A DNA stretch of 64,000 bases from Candidatus Marinacidobacterales bacterium (lineage in GTDB: Bacteria > Acidobacteriota > Vicinamibacteria > Marinacidobacterales > SMYC01), in contig OZ250169.1 of NCBI GenBank assembly GCA_965237955.1, positions 2,144,001 through 2,208,000 on the forward strand, written 5' to 3'. The notes beneath the pieces were generated by a model, which saw only the letters and a list, made by a program, of their open reading frames with translations, was not told the DNA's origin and did not search any database. Positions 40,831-50,783 of this stretch are shown piece after piece; positions within the stretch are counted from its first letter, which is position 1, and every line of letters starts with the position of its first letter. The translations under genes were made by a program, and so were the position numbers.

Positions 40831-40971
40831 CTCGACCCTCCCTCGGCTCCAACGGTTTCCCTTGAGCCGAACTGCTGGGGCCAATTAGTATATCAAGTTC
40901 CCGGGCCAGCGGTTGACAAGGGGTCCCGAAAAAGCCTAGAAACAGGGCACGTTTTTTTCTCGGGGGTCCAG

Positions 40972-42108
40972 ATGATTGTCGGCGTGCCACAGGAGTCCTA
41001 TCTGGGCGAGCGCCGTGTTGCGATCGTCCCATCGGTCGTGCCGTCGCTTCTCAAAGCCGGAGTGGAGGTGCGCGTCGAGGCCGGGGCGGGCGAGAGCGCC
41101 GGCTTCTCCGATGCCACCTACGAGTCCCAGGGGGCAGGGCTCGTCGCCGACCGTCGAAAGCTCTTCTCCGAGGCGGAGCTCGTGGTTCAGGTTCATGGCC
41201 CGGGGGAGCTGGAGCTTCTGCGCAGGGAGCAGTTCGTTCTGGGGCTCATGAACCCACTGGGCGCGCCCGAGAATGGGCGCGAGCTGGCGTCGGCGGGGGT
41301 CACCGCCTTTGCGCTCGAGCTCCTTCCGCGCATCAGCCGCGCGCAACCAATGGATGTCTTGAGCTCGATGGCGACGGTGGCGGGCTACAAGGCGGTGCTG
41401 CTCGCAGCGGCGGAGCTCGGCAAGCTGTTCCCCATGATGATCACCGCCGCCGGCACCATCACCCCGGCACGGGTGTTCGTCGTGGGGGCCGGCGTGGCCG
41501 GGCTCCAGGCGATCGCCACCGCACACCGACTGGGGGCGGTTGTGCAGGCCTACGATGTGCGGCCGGCGGTCAAGGAGCAGGTCGAGAGTCTGGGCGCCAG
41601 GTTCGTCGAGATGGAGCTCGAGACGGAGGCGGCCGAGGAGAGTGGGGGATATGCCAGGGCGATGGGCGAGGAGTTCTACCGGCGCCAAAGGGAGCTCATG
41701 GACCAGGTCGTGGCCGAGAGTGACGTGGTGATCGCGACGGCGGCGGTGCCCGGCAAACAAGCGCCGGTGCTCATCACCGGCGCGATGGTCGAGAAGATGG
41801 CGCCGGGCTCCGTCATCGTCGACCTGGCGGCAGAGAGCGGTGGAAACTGCGAGCTGACGCGCGCCGGCGAGACCGTGCAAGCGCGCGGCGCGACCATTCT
41901 GGGCCCGGTCAATCTGCCATCGACCGTTCCCTATCACGCGAGTCAGATGTACGCCAAAAACGTGACGGCCTTCGTCGAGAATCTCGTCGACGGGGGTCAG
42001 GTCAAGCTCGACTTGGACGACCCTATCGTGTCGGACACCTTGTTGACGCGTGAGGGGGAGGTCGTGAACCCACGGGTGCGAGAGCTTCTCGGTCTACCCA
42101 AGGCGTGA
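40972..42108 (+). CDS. pntA: NAD(P) transhydrogenase subunit alpha part 1
   Basis: GERRVA, PRISRAQ.MDVLSSM, GAGVAGLQA, VDLAAESGGNC. Confidence 0.95.
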   Translation: MIVGVPQESYLGERRVAIVPSVVPSLLKAGVEVRVEAGAGESAGFSDATYESQGAGLVADRRKLFSEAELVVQVHGPGELELLRREQFVLGLMNPLGAPENGRELASAGVTAFALELLPRISRAQPMDVLSSMATVAGYKAVLLAAAELGKLFPMMITAAGTITPARVFVVGAGVAGLQAIATAHRLGAVVQAYDVRPAVKEQVESLGARFVEMELETEAAEESGGYARAMGEEFYRRQRELMDQVVAESDVVIATAAVPGKQAPVLITGAMVEKMAPGSVIVDLAAESGGNCELTRAGETVQARGATILGPVNLPSTVPYHASQMYAKNVTAFVENLVDGGQVKLDLDDPIVSDTLLTREGEVVNPRVRELLGLPKA

Positions 42109-42147
42109 TCGCGGTTCGACGAGTCGAGCGACGAAAGGAGAGCTCCC

Positions 42148-42450
42148 ATGGACGCGTTCGTTGCCGCTCTAACCATCTTCGTGCTGTCGCTCTTTGTCGG
42201 CTACGAGATCATAACGAAGGTGCCACCGCTTCTGCACACTCCACTCATGTCTGGCGCCAACGCGATATCGGGGATCACGCTGGTCGGCACACTGGTGACC
42301 TCGGGTGCCCGCTTGAGCCTCGCCACGGAGATCTTCGGGTTTCTCGCGGTGACCATGGCCACGGCCAACGTCGTCGGCGGCTTCCTGGTGACCCACCGCA
42401 TGCTGGGGATGTTCCACCGGAAGGACGAAGATGTCCGGCGCGCTGATTAA
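42148..42450 (+). CDS. pntA: NAD(P) transhydrogenase subunit alpha part 2
   Basis: VPPLLHTPLMSGANAISG; NVVGGFLVTHRML. Confidence 0.95.
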   Translation: MDAFVAALTIFVLSLFVGYEIITKVPPLLHTPLMSGANAISGITLVGTLVTSGARLSLATEIFGFLAVTMATANVVGGFLVTHRMLGMFHRKDEDVRRAD

Positions 42451-43834
42451 CCTCTTCTATCTGATCGCGGCCGTCCTCTTCATCCTCGGCCTCAAGGGGC
42501 TGACCCATCCGCGCACGGCGGTGCGCGGCAATCTGATGGGCGCGCTCGGCATGCTCATCGCCATCGTCGTCACCTTGACCGATCATCGTATCGTCAGCTT
42601 CCAGATCATCGTCGCCGGGTTCGTGGTAGGAGGTCTGATCGGAGCCGCGATGGCCTATCGCGCCCCCATGACCGCGATGCCCCAGGTGGTCGCCGTGTTC
42701 AACGGATTCGGGGGCGGCGCCTCGGCTCTGGCGGTCGGGGCCGCCTTCATGGAGGCGCTGAAAGGGGAGTGGATCGAAGAGATCAACATCCAGTTCACCA
42801 CCGCGGTGGCTATGTCCGGACTGATCGGTGGTGTTGCCTTGACGGGCAGTGCCATCGCATTCGCCAAGCTGCAGGGGCTGGCGCCGGAGCGTCCCGTCCT
42901 GATCGCCGGCCGTCACGCGATCAACATCTTTTTGCTGGTGCTCTCGCTCGCACTGAGCGCCTGGTTGATTCTGGAGCCCGTCTCCTCGCTTCCGTTCTGG
43001 GTCCTGGTGGCTGTGGCCTCCCTGCTCGGAGTCATGCTGGTCATTCCGATTGGCGGCGCCGACATGCCGGTCGTGATCTCACTGCTCAACGCCTATTCGG
43101 GGCTCGCCGCCGCCGGCCACGGCTGGGTGCTCAACAACAGCGTGCTCATCATCGCTGGCTCACTCGTGGGGGCCGCCGGTTTCATCCTCACGGTACTGAT
43201 GTGTCGTGCGATGAACCGCTCGATCGGAAACGTCATCTTCGGCGGCGTCGGTGCGGTCGTGGCCTCCGAGGCGGAGAGCGAAGACATCTACGCCGGTCGG
43301 GTGAAATCGGCCTCCGCGGAAGAAGTGGCTATGCTTCTGGAAGGCGCCCGGCGCGTCATCATTGCGCCCGGATACGGGATGGCCGTGGCCCAGGCCCAGT
43401 TCGCGGTAGGGGAATTGACGCTGCAGCTCGAGAGCCGCGGGGTCGAGGTGGACTTCGCGATCCACCCCGTTGCCGGCAGAATGCCGGGGCACATGAACGT
43501 TCTGCTGGCCGACGCGAAAATCTCCTACGATCGGCTCAAGGATATAGACGAGATCAATCCGACCTTTCGTCAAACCGACGTGGTTCTGGTCATCGGCGCC
43601 AACGACGTGGTTAATCCGCTAGCGCGAGAGGACGATCCGTCGATCCCCATTTCCGGGATGCCGATCCTCAACGTCGACGAGGCGCGTTCGGTGGTCGTCA
43701 TCAAGCGCAGCCTGAGCCCCGGATTCGCTGGCATCGCCAACCCGTTATTTGCCGCGGACAACGCGCTGATGCTCTTTGGCGACGCGAAGAAAGTGGCAAC
43801 GGATCTGGTGGCGGCCCTCAAGGAGGCGAATTGA
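42431..43834 (+). CDS. pntB: NAD(P) transhydrogenase subunit beta
   Basis: IGGADMPVVISLLN, PGYGMAVAQAQ, IHPVAGRMPGHMNVLLA, GANDVVNP. Confidence 0.96.
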   Translation: MSGALINLFYLIAAVLFILGLKGLTHPRTAVRGNLMGALGMLIAIVVTLTDHRIVSFQIIVAGFVVGGLIGAAMAYRAPMTAMPQVVAVFNGFGGGASALAVGAAFMEALKGEWIEEINIQFTTAVAMSGLIGGVALTGSAIAFAKLQGLAPERPVLIAGRHAINIFLLVLSLALSAWLILEPVSSLPFWVLVAVASLLGVMLVIPIGGADMPVVISLLNAYSGLAAAGHGWVLNNSVLIIAGSLVGAAGFILTVLMCRAMNRSIGNVIFGGVGAVVASEAESEDIYAGRVKSASAEEVAMLLEGARRVIIAPGYGMAVAQAQFAVGELTLQLESRGVEVDFAIHPVAGRMPGHMNVLLADAKISYDRLKDIDEINPTFRQTDVVLVIGANDVVNPLAREDDPSIPISGMPILNVDEARSVVVIKRSLSPGFAGIANPLFAADNALMLFGDAKKVATDLVAALKEAN

Positions 43835-43844
43835 GCCGCAGTTT

Positions 43845-44045
43845 GTTGTGCTTCGATAGAACCGTGCGCACGAGGGCGCGGGTTACCAGGCAGCTGTGCA
43901 GGTCTTTCTCGAAGCGGTACCGGTCTCGCTGGTTGCGCTCGTCCTCCGTGAGAATCGCGTCGTAGGCGCGGAGGAGCTTCTCGTCGCGAATCTCGTCGGG
44001 GCGGACGACCCAGAGATGCGCTTCGCGATCACCGATTTTCGTACT
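43845..44045 (-). pseudogene. N-terminal remnant of an Sfp-type 4'-phosphopantetheinyl transferase
   Basis: Manual translation EAHLWVVRPDEIRDEKLLRAYDAILTEDERNQRDRYRFEKDLHSCLVTRALVRTVLS; ends at the pntB 3' end. Confidence 0.72.
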
Positions 44046-44072
44046 TCACCTCGCCGCTGATGATCGTGTACG

Positions 44073-44465
44073 CTAGAGTCGCACCATCACTGCCATGCCG
44101 GCGGCGATCTGAATCGCGCCCGCGACATCGTCCACGCCGAAGACCACATCTCCACGCGTCGTCGTGTAGACCGAGTCGATGTTCACGCCGGCTTCGGACA
44201 TCACCAGCGCGACATCACCGAGAGTGCCGGGCTCGTCGAGTACTTTCAAGACGACGACTTCGCGGATGATGTAATCCGATCCGGCGGCATCGAGCGCGCG
44301 GGTTGCCTCGAGGGCATTGTCGGTCACGAAGTGAACGACGCTCCCGCCGTCACCGCTGGTACCGTAGATGCCGTCGATGTTCACGTCGGCGTCCCCGAGC
44401 AAAGTGCCGAGCCGCGCCAGTGAGCCGGGCTCGTCTGGAAGCTTGACTTTGATCTCGATAGCCAT
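44073..44465 (-). CDS. Tandem ACT domain protein
   Basis: LPDEPGSLARL..LLGDADVNI and LDEPGTLGDV..MSEAGVNI. Confidence 0.87.
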   Translation of the reverse strand: MAIEIKVKLPDEPGSLARLGTLLGDADVNIDGIYGTSGDGGSVVHFVTDNALEATRALDAAGSDYIIREVVVLKVLDEPGTLGDVALVMSEAGVNIDSVYTTTRGDVVFGVDDVAGAIQIAAGMAVMVRL

Positions 44466-44521
44466 CGCCGCTTCCCTCCCTATCGGTGTTACCGCTATTG
44501 TCCGGCAGGACGCCGGCTGGA

Positions 44522-45008
44522 TCAAAACTCTTCCGGGAGCGCAAACGCCAAGTAAGCGTCTCCGGACGGTGTGCCCATCTTCCCGCCACCGGCCGCGATG
44601 ACGACGTACTGGCGTCCGGAAACGGAATACGTTGCCGGCGTCGCGTAGCCTCCCGCGGGGCGGTACCTGCCAGCGAATCTCTCCACGCTCGAGGTCGATC
44701 GCGTTCAACGTTCCCCAAGGCAGGATCACGGTTCCTTCGCGACTCGGCGGTGTGAACGGAACACTCGGTCGCAACCGCTCGAGGCGCTCGCGAGCGAACG
44801 CGCGCACGCTGTCAGCGGTGAGCTCTTGTCGCGCAAACGGCGGAGGCTTCGTCGGCACCGGTTGAGTGGGCCACGTCGTTTCACCGGGAAGGTCGGTGCT
44901 TTGTGCGGGTATCTCTTCGATCGGGAACAACGGTTCTCCGGTGTCGCGATCGAAGACGCAGACATGCCCCGACTTCGTGATGTGCGCGACCGCGTCGACG
45001 CCGCTCAC
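44522..45008 (-). pseudogene. Collapsed remnant of a PQQ-dependent glucose/quinate dehydrogenase
   Basis: DAVAHITKSG.VFDR.TGEPLFPIEE...[30 protein letters not shown]...[11 protein letters not shown] joined with intervening blocks missing. Confidence 0.78.
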
Positions 45009-46006
45009 AAATCTCTAGGCCCCCTCTGCGTATGCCCAAGCACAGGATGCGGCCTATACGACGCTTCGAGCCGCTCGATCATCTCATCGTCGAGCTCGAT
45101 TTCGGTGGCCGCCACGAGCTCTTCCAGCTGCTCGATCTTGGTGCTGCCGATGATCGGTGCATCGACACCGGGAACGGACAGCACCCAAGCGAGCGCAACT
45201 TGCGCGGGCTTCTTGCCGAGCTCGTTGGCAAGCTCGACCACGGCATCGACAACGTCGAAATCCTCGTCGCGGTAGTACATGTCGTCGGCGAACGGGTCGT
45301 CTTGAGCGCGCGTGGTATCGCCCTTGCCTTCGCGACGGCGGTTGCCGGCGAGAAACCCGCGCGCGAGGGGGCTCCAGGGAATGAGACCGACGCCTTGCTC
45401 GAGACAAAGCGGGATCATTTCGCGTTCTTCCTCGCGGTAGACGAGGTTCAGGTGGTTTTGCATCGTCTGAAAGCGATGGTAGCCGTTCACGTCCGCGAGA
45501 AAGAGCATCGTCGCGAACTCCCATGCCGCCATGCTGCTCGCCCCGAGATAGCGAACTTTCCCGGCGCCAACGAGCGAGTCGAGTGCTTCGAGCGTTTCCT
45601 CCATCGGGGTGTGATGATCGAGACGATGGATCTGATAGAGGTCGATGTAGTCGTGTCCGAGACGTCTCAGGGAGTCATCGCACGCGGCGATGATGTGCTT
45701 GCGGGAAAGGCCTTTCCGATTCGGGCCGTCGACGAGTGGAAAAAAACACTTCGTGGCGAGAACGTAGTCCTCGCGATGCGCGAGCTCTTTGAGGATCTTG
45801 CCCGTCACTCCTTCGCTCACGCCTTTCGAGTACATGTCGGCGGTGTCGAAGAAATTGAACCCGAGCTCGAACGCCCGCTTGAAGTGCGAGCGCGCCTCGT
45901 CTTCTGCGAGAATCCAAGGCCTCCACTTGGGATCGCCGTACGTCATGCAGCCGAGACCGAGGCGCGATACTTCGAGGCCGGTCGTTCCCAGTCGCTTTGT
46001 TTTCAT
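45005..46006 (-). CDS. Aldo/keto reductase
   Basis: LGLGCM, FFDTADMY, IDLYQIHR, GKVRYLGAS, PWSPLARG. Confidence 0.95.
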   Translation of the reverse strand: MKTKRLGTTGLEVSRLGLGCMTYGDPKWRPWILAEDEARSHFKRAFELGFNFFDTADMYSKGVSEGVTGKILKELAHREDYVLATKCFFPLVDGPNRKGLSRKHIIAACDDSLRRLGHDYIDLYQIHRLDHHTPMEETLEALDSLVGAGKVRYLGASSMAAWEFATMLFLADVNGYHRFQTMQNHLNLVYREEEREMIPLCLEQGVGLIPWSPLARGFLAGNRRREGKGDTTRAQDDPFADDMYYRDEDFDVVDAVVELANELGKKPAQVALAWVLSVPGVDAPIIGSTKIEQLEELVAATEIELDDEMIERLEASYRPHPVLGHTQRGPRDL

Positions 46007-47928
46007 GGACTCTCCTCAGTAGGTACACCCACGGGTTTACCGTACAGATACAAAACGGCGAGGAGGACGGCGCTTCCCATGAGGATCGAGATCCAAGGCG
46101 ACATCCCGTAGGCGGTCGGGATACTCCCCACGATCAACCCCACAAAGGCGACGAGCAGCGCGTAGGGAAGCTGGGTGCGGACGTGGTCGATGTGGTCCGC
46201 GGCCGAGGCCATCGAGCTCAGGATCGTGGTGTCGGAAATCGGCGAGCAGTGGTCGCCAAATACAGCGCCCGCCAAAACGGAGCTGATGACCCCGACGAGG
46301 ATCGTGTCGACGCGTTCCGGTCCGAGTCCCGCGCTCGCGCTCAGCGAATCCGCCAGCGGGATCACCAGCGGCATCATGATCGCCATGGTTGCCCAGCTCG
46401 TCCCTGTCGCGAATGCCATGGCGGCCGCGATGACGAACGACAGCGCCGGAAGCCAAGCGGGATCGAGCGCACCTTCGAGAATCTGGACGAGATAGCTCGC
46501 GGCCTGGAGCTCGGTCGTGGCCGCGCCGATGGACCACGCGAGCACGAGAATGACGATGGCCATCATCATCGACTTCAGGCCCTGAATCCATGCGGCAAAC
46601 GCCTGCGTCAACGTCAACACACGTCGGACCACCGCCAGGAACATCGCGACAACGCACCCGGCGAGAGAAGCCCAGAGAAGCCCGACGTAGGAGTCCGATT
46701 TGCTGACAATGTTGCCGAGGCTCACCTCGTCGTTGGGACCGAGTGCGTTGCGCCCGGTGATGTAAATGCCCCCGAGTCCAACCACGAGAATGGCGACGAT
46801 GGGAGCGAGCCCGTTCAACCAGCTCGACGGCGTGTCGGCGTCGGTTTCGTCTTCGAGATTTTCGGTCGCGCGCTCGGCGCCGTCCCGGTTCACCTTGCCT
46901 TCGAAACGAGCGCGGCGCTCGGCTTTGAGCATCGGCCCGAAGTCGCGATCGGTTGCGCTAATCATGAACGCGAACACAAGCGCGAGCAGGGGATAGAACC
47001 GGTACGGGATCGTCCGGATGAACATCGTGTAGGCGTCTTCGGACGAGCCGATGATCTGGAGTCCTTGATCGATGAGGCCGACTTCGTAGCCGATCCAAGT
47101 CGAGATGAGTGCGGTGCTCGCCACCGAAGCGGCGCCCGTATCCACGAGAAACGACAGCTTCTCTCGTGAGATGCGAAGCTTGTCGGTGATGGGGCGCATG
47201 AGGTTGCCGCGGACGAGAACGTTCGCGTAGTCGTCGAAGAACATCACGAGCGCCATCAACATCGTGGACAGTTGCCCGCCCTTGGCGCCTTTCGCGAACC
47301 GGGTGATGAGCTCGGCGATGCCGCGCGCACCGCCGTTTCGAGTAATGACACCCACCATGCCACCGAAGAGGAAGCTGAAAACGAGGATCTGCGCCTGGCT
47401 CTTCGTCGTGATCGCGTTGATGATGAAGTGCGTGAGGACGGCGAAAAAGCCCGCCAGGATGTTGTAGTCATGGATAAACGTCGCGGCGAGCCAGATGCCC
47501 GAGAAAAGCGACAAGACGACCTGGCGGAACACCAAGGCGAAGGTGATGGCCAAGATCGGCGGAAGAATGCTCAAGATAGCGGGAATCGCGCGCACTTCGG
47601 CTTCCGCGCTCAGCGCTCCATCCTGAACCCGCACGGTGTGCCGGCCTCCGAAGTCGACGACCGCTCCCTCGATGCGAAGGCCGTCGAACGTGCCTCGCGA
47701 AAGACCTGTGATGGAGAGCGTGCCTTCGTAGCCCGAGACCGTGTTGCCCTCCGCGTCGACCGCGATGACGGTGATCTGGAAGGGAATACCGGTCAGAACG
47801 AGACTGGGTGCTTCGATACGAAGCTCGGTCTGCCCCGACGCGACAGCGGGAAGGAGCAACAACAACGGGATCAGCCGCGTCCGAAGCTGACGGCTGATGG
47901 CCGATGGCCGACGGCGCATCAATCGCAT
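46003..47928 (-). CDS. Na+/H+ antiporter NhaC-family protein with N-terminal extracytoplasmic domain
   Basis: SILPPILAI, FFDDYAN, ISREKL, FATGTSW, GAVFGDHCSPISDTTILSS; start uncertain. Confidence 0.88.
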   Translation of the reverse strand: MRLMRRRPSAISRQLRTRLIPLLLLLPAVASGQTELRIEAPSLVLTGIPFQITVIAVDAEGNTVSGYEGTLSITGLSRGTFDGLRIEGAVVDFGGRHTVRVQDGALSAEAEVRAIPAILSILPPILAITFALVFRQVVLSLFSGIWLAATFIHDYNILAGFFAVLTHFIINAITTKSQAQILVFSFLFGGMVGVITRNGGARGIAELITRFAKGAKGGQLSTMLMALVMFFDDYANVLVRGNLMRPITDKLRISREKLSFLVDTGAASVASTALISTWIGYEVGLIDQGLQIIGSSEDAYTMFIRTIPYRFYPLLALVFAFMISATDRDFGPMLKAERRARFEGKVNRDGAERATENLEDETDADTPSSWLNGLAPIVAILVVGLGGIYITGRNALGPNDEVSLGNIVSKSDSYVGLLWASLAGCVVAMFLAVVRRVLTLTQAFAAWIQGLKSMMMAIVILVLAWSIGAATTELQAASYLVQILEGALDPAWLPALSFVIAAAMAFATGTSWATMAIMMPLVIPLADSLSASAGLGPERVDTILVGVISSVLAGAVFGDHCSPISDTTILSSMASAADHIDHVRTQLPYALLVAFVGLIVGSIPTAYGMSPWISILMGSAVLLAVLYLYGKPVGVPTEESP

Positions 47929-48251
47929 ATTACGTGCTCCAGAACGAGGTCGAAGTGCTCCTCGAGGGCGTCGCGCCACTCGGTGTCGTTGGCGATGGGG
48001 GTTTCGGTCCGCTCGCGCCGTATTCCCCGGTGACGAATCAGACACTCCGGAGTGAGCGTTATCCGGCCGCCGGGTGTCGCGCCTGTGGTGACGACGCGTT
48101 GGGTGAACGTCGATTCGTCGGAGCTCTGACGGTAGCGGCACGCTTCCGCATGATCGCCGAGCCGGCGAGGGGTGAGCGTGCGCAACGTCGCGAGCGTGGG
48201 CTCGGGGTCTACGTCGGCGTGGATACGATCCAGGCAGTCTCGAACGTTCAC
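47919..48251 (-). pseudogene. Arylamine N-acetyltransferase with the central catalytic region deleted
   Basis: N-terminal LDRI...PEPTLATLRTL joined directly to C-terminal QSSDESTFTQR...GGRITL...ALEEHFDL; no catalytic RGGYC-type motif. Confidence 0.7.
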
Positions 48252-48319
48252 CGGAGCGCAATTGTAACAGAGGTACTGTAAAATGAGACTTTTCCAAGGA
48301 TGAAGGACCGAGCGGCGTT

Positions 48320-49345
48320 ATGAGCCGGAGCCACCCGTTGCGCATTCTCGCGCTCGTGCACAAGGAGCTCGAGCCACCAAAGAACCCGAACCGCTACCAC
48401 ACGAACGTCGACTGGAAGATGGAGTTCGATGTTATCGAATCACTCGAGTACATGGGTCACCACGTCGAGGTTCTCGGGCTTCACGATGACTTGTCGGTTC
48501 TCGCCGGGGCGATCGAGCGCTTTCGGCCCCAAGTCCTCTTCAACCTGCTCGAAGACTTTCACGGGGTGGCCGTCAACGACCAACACTGGGTCTCGCATCT
48601 CGAGCTCCTGAAGCTTCCTTATACGGGGTGCAACCCACGCGGACTCCTGCTTGCTCGGGACAAAGCGATCGCGAAGAAGTTACTGACGCACGAATCGATC
48701 CCGGCGCCCGGATTCGCGGTGTTTCGACGAGGAGAGCGTGCCAGGAGCAACGGGCGGCATGTGGAGCTCCGCTATCCCCTCATCGTGAAGTCCCTCATCT
48801 TCGATGGGTCGGTTGGCATCTCGCAGGCGTCCGTCGTCGTCTCGGAGGAAAAGCTCCAGGAGCGTGTCCGGTTCGTTCATGAGGACATCGGGACCGATGC
48901 GATCGCGGAAGAGTTCATCGACGGGAGAGAGCTCTACGTCGGCGTCATCGGGAACGAGCGTCTCGAAACGCTCCCCGTATGGGAGCTTCGGTTCAAAAAA
49001 CGGCCCCCTTCGACACGGCTCATTGCCACCGAGCGCGTGAAGTGGAGCGACAAGTATCAGAAGAAGGTCGGCGTCCATAGCGGCAGGGCACGGCTTCCCG
49101 AGGCGAAAGCGCGAGAGGTCCAGGCACTCGCCCGCCGGATCTACCGCGCATTGGAGCTTTCCGGCTATGGCCGGATCGATTTTCGCATGACGGACGACGG
49201 TACGGTCTACTTTCTCGAAGCGAACCCGAACCCGCAGCTCGCCTACGGGGAAGACTTCGCCGAATCCGCGGAAAAGGGCGGCCTGTCCTACGAAGACCTC
49301 ATCACCCGAATCTTGAAGCTCGCGTTCTCAAGGCCGCGGGCGTGA
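48320..49345 (+). CDS. D-Ala-D-Ala ligase-like ATP-grasp protein
   Basis: PYTGC, DKAIAK, YPLIVKS, EEFIDGRE, GRIDFR, LEANPNP. Confidence 0.88.
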   Translation: MSRSHPLRILALVHKELEPPKNPNRYHTNVDWKMEFDVIESLEYMGHHVEVLGLHDDLSVLAGAIERFRPQVLFNLLEDFHGVAVNDQHWVSHLELLKLPYTGCNPRGLLLARDKAIAKKLLTHESIPAPGFAVFRRGERARSNGRHVELRYPLIVKSLIFDGSVGISQASVVVSEEKLQERVRFVHEDIGTDAIAEEFIDGRELYVGVIGNERLETLPVWELRFKKRPPSTRLIATERVKWSDKYQKKVGVHSGRARLPEAKAREVQALARRIYRALELSGYGRIDFRMTDDGTVYFLEANPNPQLAYGEDFAESAEKGGLSYEDLITRILKLAFSRPRA

Positions 49346-49515
49346 GCGCGAACCGCGTACACGTCGCCATGGGTTTGGGCATTCTCCTGCTCAGCGTCGT
49401 TGAGTGCATCCAGGTCTACCCCGAGCTTCCGGATCCCATGGCAAGCAACTTCGGCGGCGACGGGACTGCGGGAGGTTCCGTCTGCCCAGAACAATCAGAA
49501 AGTCAAGTGCGTTGA
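49342..49515 (+). pseudogene. Truncated DUF1648-like membrane protein
   Basis: GTGA-coupled to the upstream gene; TM helix then YPELPDPMASNFGGDG, then premature stop. Confidence 0.55.
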
Positions 49516-49555
49516 AGATACTTCAACTGTCAATGTAACCGGTGAGAAAGCGCGA

Positions 49556-50485
49556 TTATTTCGAGTAAAGCCAGTTGAACTCGTCGGCCAACACCGCGCT
49601 GGGAGGAGGGGCCGGGCGATCGAGGGCGTCCGCGAGGTAACGAGGCACCGCGAAACACCCAGGGAAGGCTCGAGGGGTAAGTGCGCGGAGCTCTCCGCTC
49701 AGAGCGGATGCCCGCTCAACGATCGTCTCTGTGGCGGCGGCGTTGAAATCGATCTCGTTCGATGCAAGCACGAAGCCGTACCCGCCGCCGAACGTCAGGA
49801 TCGCCGCGCTGTGCAGAACGACGTGCTGAAAAAGCTTTGAGAGCCCCTGATACAAGGGCGCGATGCTCATACGAGGCATCGCGAGATCGCCGAAGCCGGC
49901 GATGATACCGCCGCGCGCCAGAACCTTTTGCGATAAGGGGAGCACGTTCTGATAGAGACGCACCGCCGATTGATCGTAGCCATCGAGAAGGTCGACTAGG
50001 ATCAGGTCGAACGGTTGCGGTGAGTCCTCGAGGTACGGAAAGACATCCTGGACGAGAATCTCGGCGCGTTCATCGTCGAAGCTTCCTCGATGAAGCTCTT
50101 TCAAATGCTCCTTGCACGCGTTGATGACGAGCGGGTCGATCTCGACCATCACAACTTCCTCGACGCGCGGGTCCCGCAGGACTTCACGCAGTACGAGACC
50201 GTCGCCCCCGCCTTCGATCAAGACACGCTTCGGTCCCGGGTGAAACAGAAGCGGTGGCAGCGCGACGGATTCGTGGTAGATGAACTCATCGATTTCGAGG
50301 AACTCGACGACGGCGTCGAGAAAGAGCCCTTTGCCGAGCTCGGGAACGCTCGCGATCGCGACTTCTTGAAACTCAGACCGCTCGCGATAGATCCACTGCT
50401 CGATCCCGAGAAGGATGTGCCGCCCGCGTTGGAGCTTGTCCAACGATGCCGCGGTCCAATTCTCGGACATCCATGCGCTCGACAT
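49556..50485 (-). CDS. speE: Polyamine aminopropyltransferase (spermidine synthase family)
   Basis: SEFQE, LFLD, DEFIYHE, GGGDG.VLRE, MVEID; start uncertain, possibly fused to speD. Confidence 0.88.
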   Translation of the reverse strand: MSSAWMSENWTAASLDKLQRGRHILLGIEQWIYRERSEFQEVAIASVPELGKGLFLDAVVEFLEIDEFIYHESVALPPLLFHPGPKRVLIEGGGDGLVLREVLRDPRVEEVVMVEIDPLVINACKEHLKELHRGSFDDERAEILVQDVFPYLEDSPQPFDLILVDLLDGYDQSAVRLYQNVLPLSQKVLARGGIIAGFGDLAMPRMSIAPLYQGLSKLFQHVVLHSAAILTFGGGYGFVLASNEIDFNAAATETIVERASALSGELRALTPRAFPGCFAVPRYLADALDRPAPPPSAVLADEFNWLYSK

Positions 50486-50783
50486 CGAGCCTCCGTTCCA
50501 ATTCCTCGAGCGCCCGTTGCGGCTTTCCGCCACATGTAAAGATATCCACCGCGGCGTAGCCGTATTCGGGCCACGTGTGGATGGACATGTGTGATTCGGA
50601 AAGAAGCACAACGGCGGTGACGCCGTGTGGCGAAAAGGCGTGAGTGCTCACGTTTAACACGGTGAACTCGCCGCGTTCGCAAGCGGCGAGAAGAGCGTCC
50701 TGAATCAAGTCAAGGTCGTTCAATCGGTTCTGATCTCGAACCCAAAGTTCGGCGATTACGTGCTTACCCAGAGCATTGGTCAT
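50373..50783 (-). CDS. speD: S-adenosylmethionine decarboxylase proenzyme
   Basis: LGKHVIAEL, FSPHGVT, LSESHMSIHTWPEYGYAAVDIFTCG. Confidence 0.92.
   Translation of the reverse strand: MTNALGKHVIAELWVRDQNRLNDLDLIQDALLAACERGEFTVLNVSTHAFSPHGVTAVVLLSESHMSIHTWPEYGYAAVDIFTCGGKPQRALEELERRLDVERMDVRELDRGIVGQAPTRAAHPSRDRAVDLSRAV

Noticed and set aside
44073-45008. Apparent PQQ dehydrogenase-ACT fusion ORF
   Set aside because: Read-through from a deleted pseudogene; the ACT gene has its own RBS and ATG at 44465
46003-48363. 786-aa extended NhaC ORF
   Set aside because: Upstream extension is an off-frame reading of the N-acetyltransferase remnant
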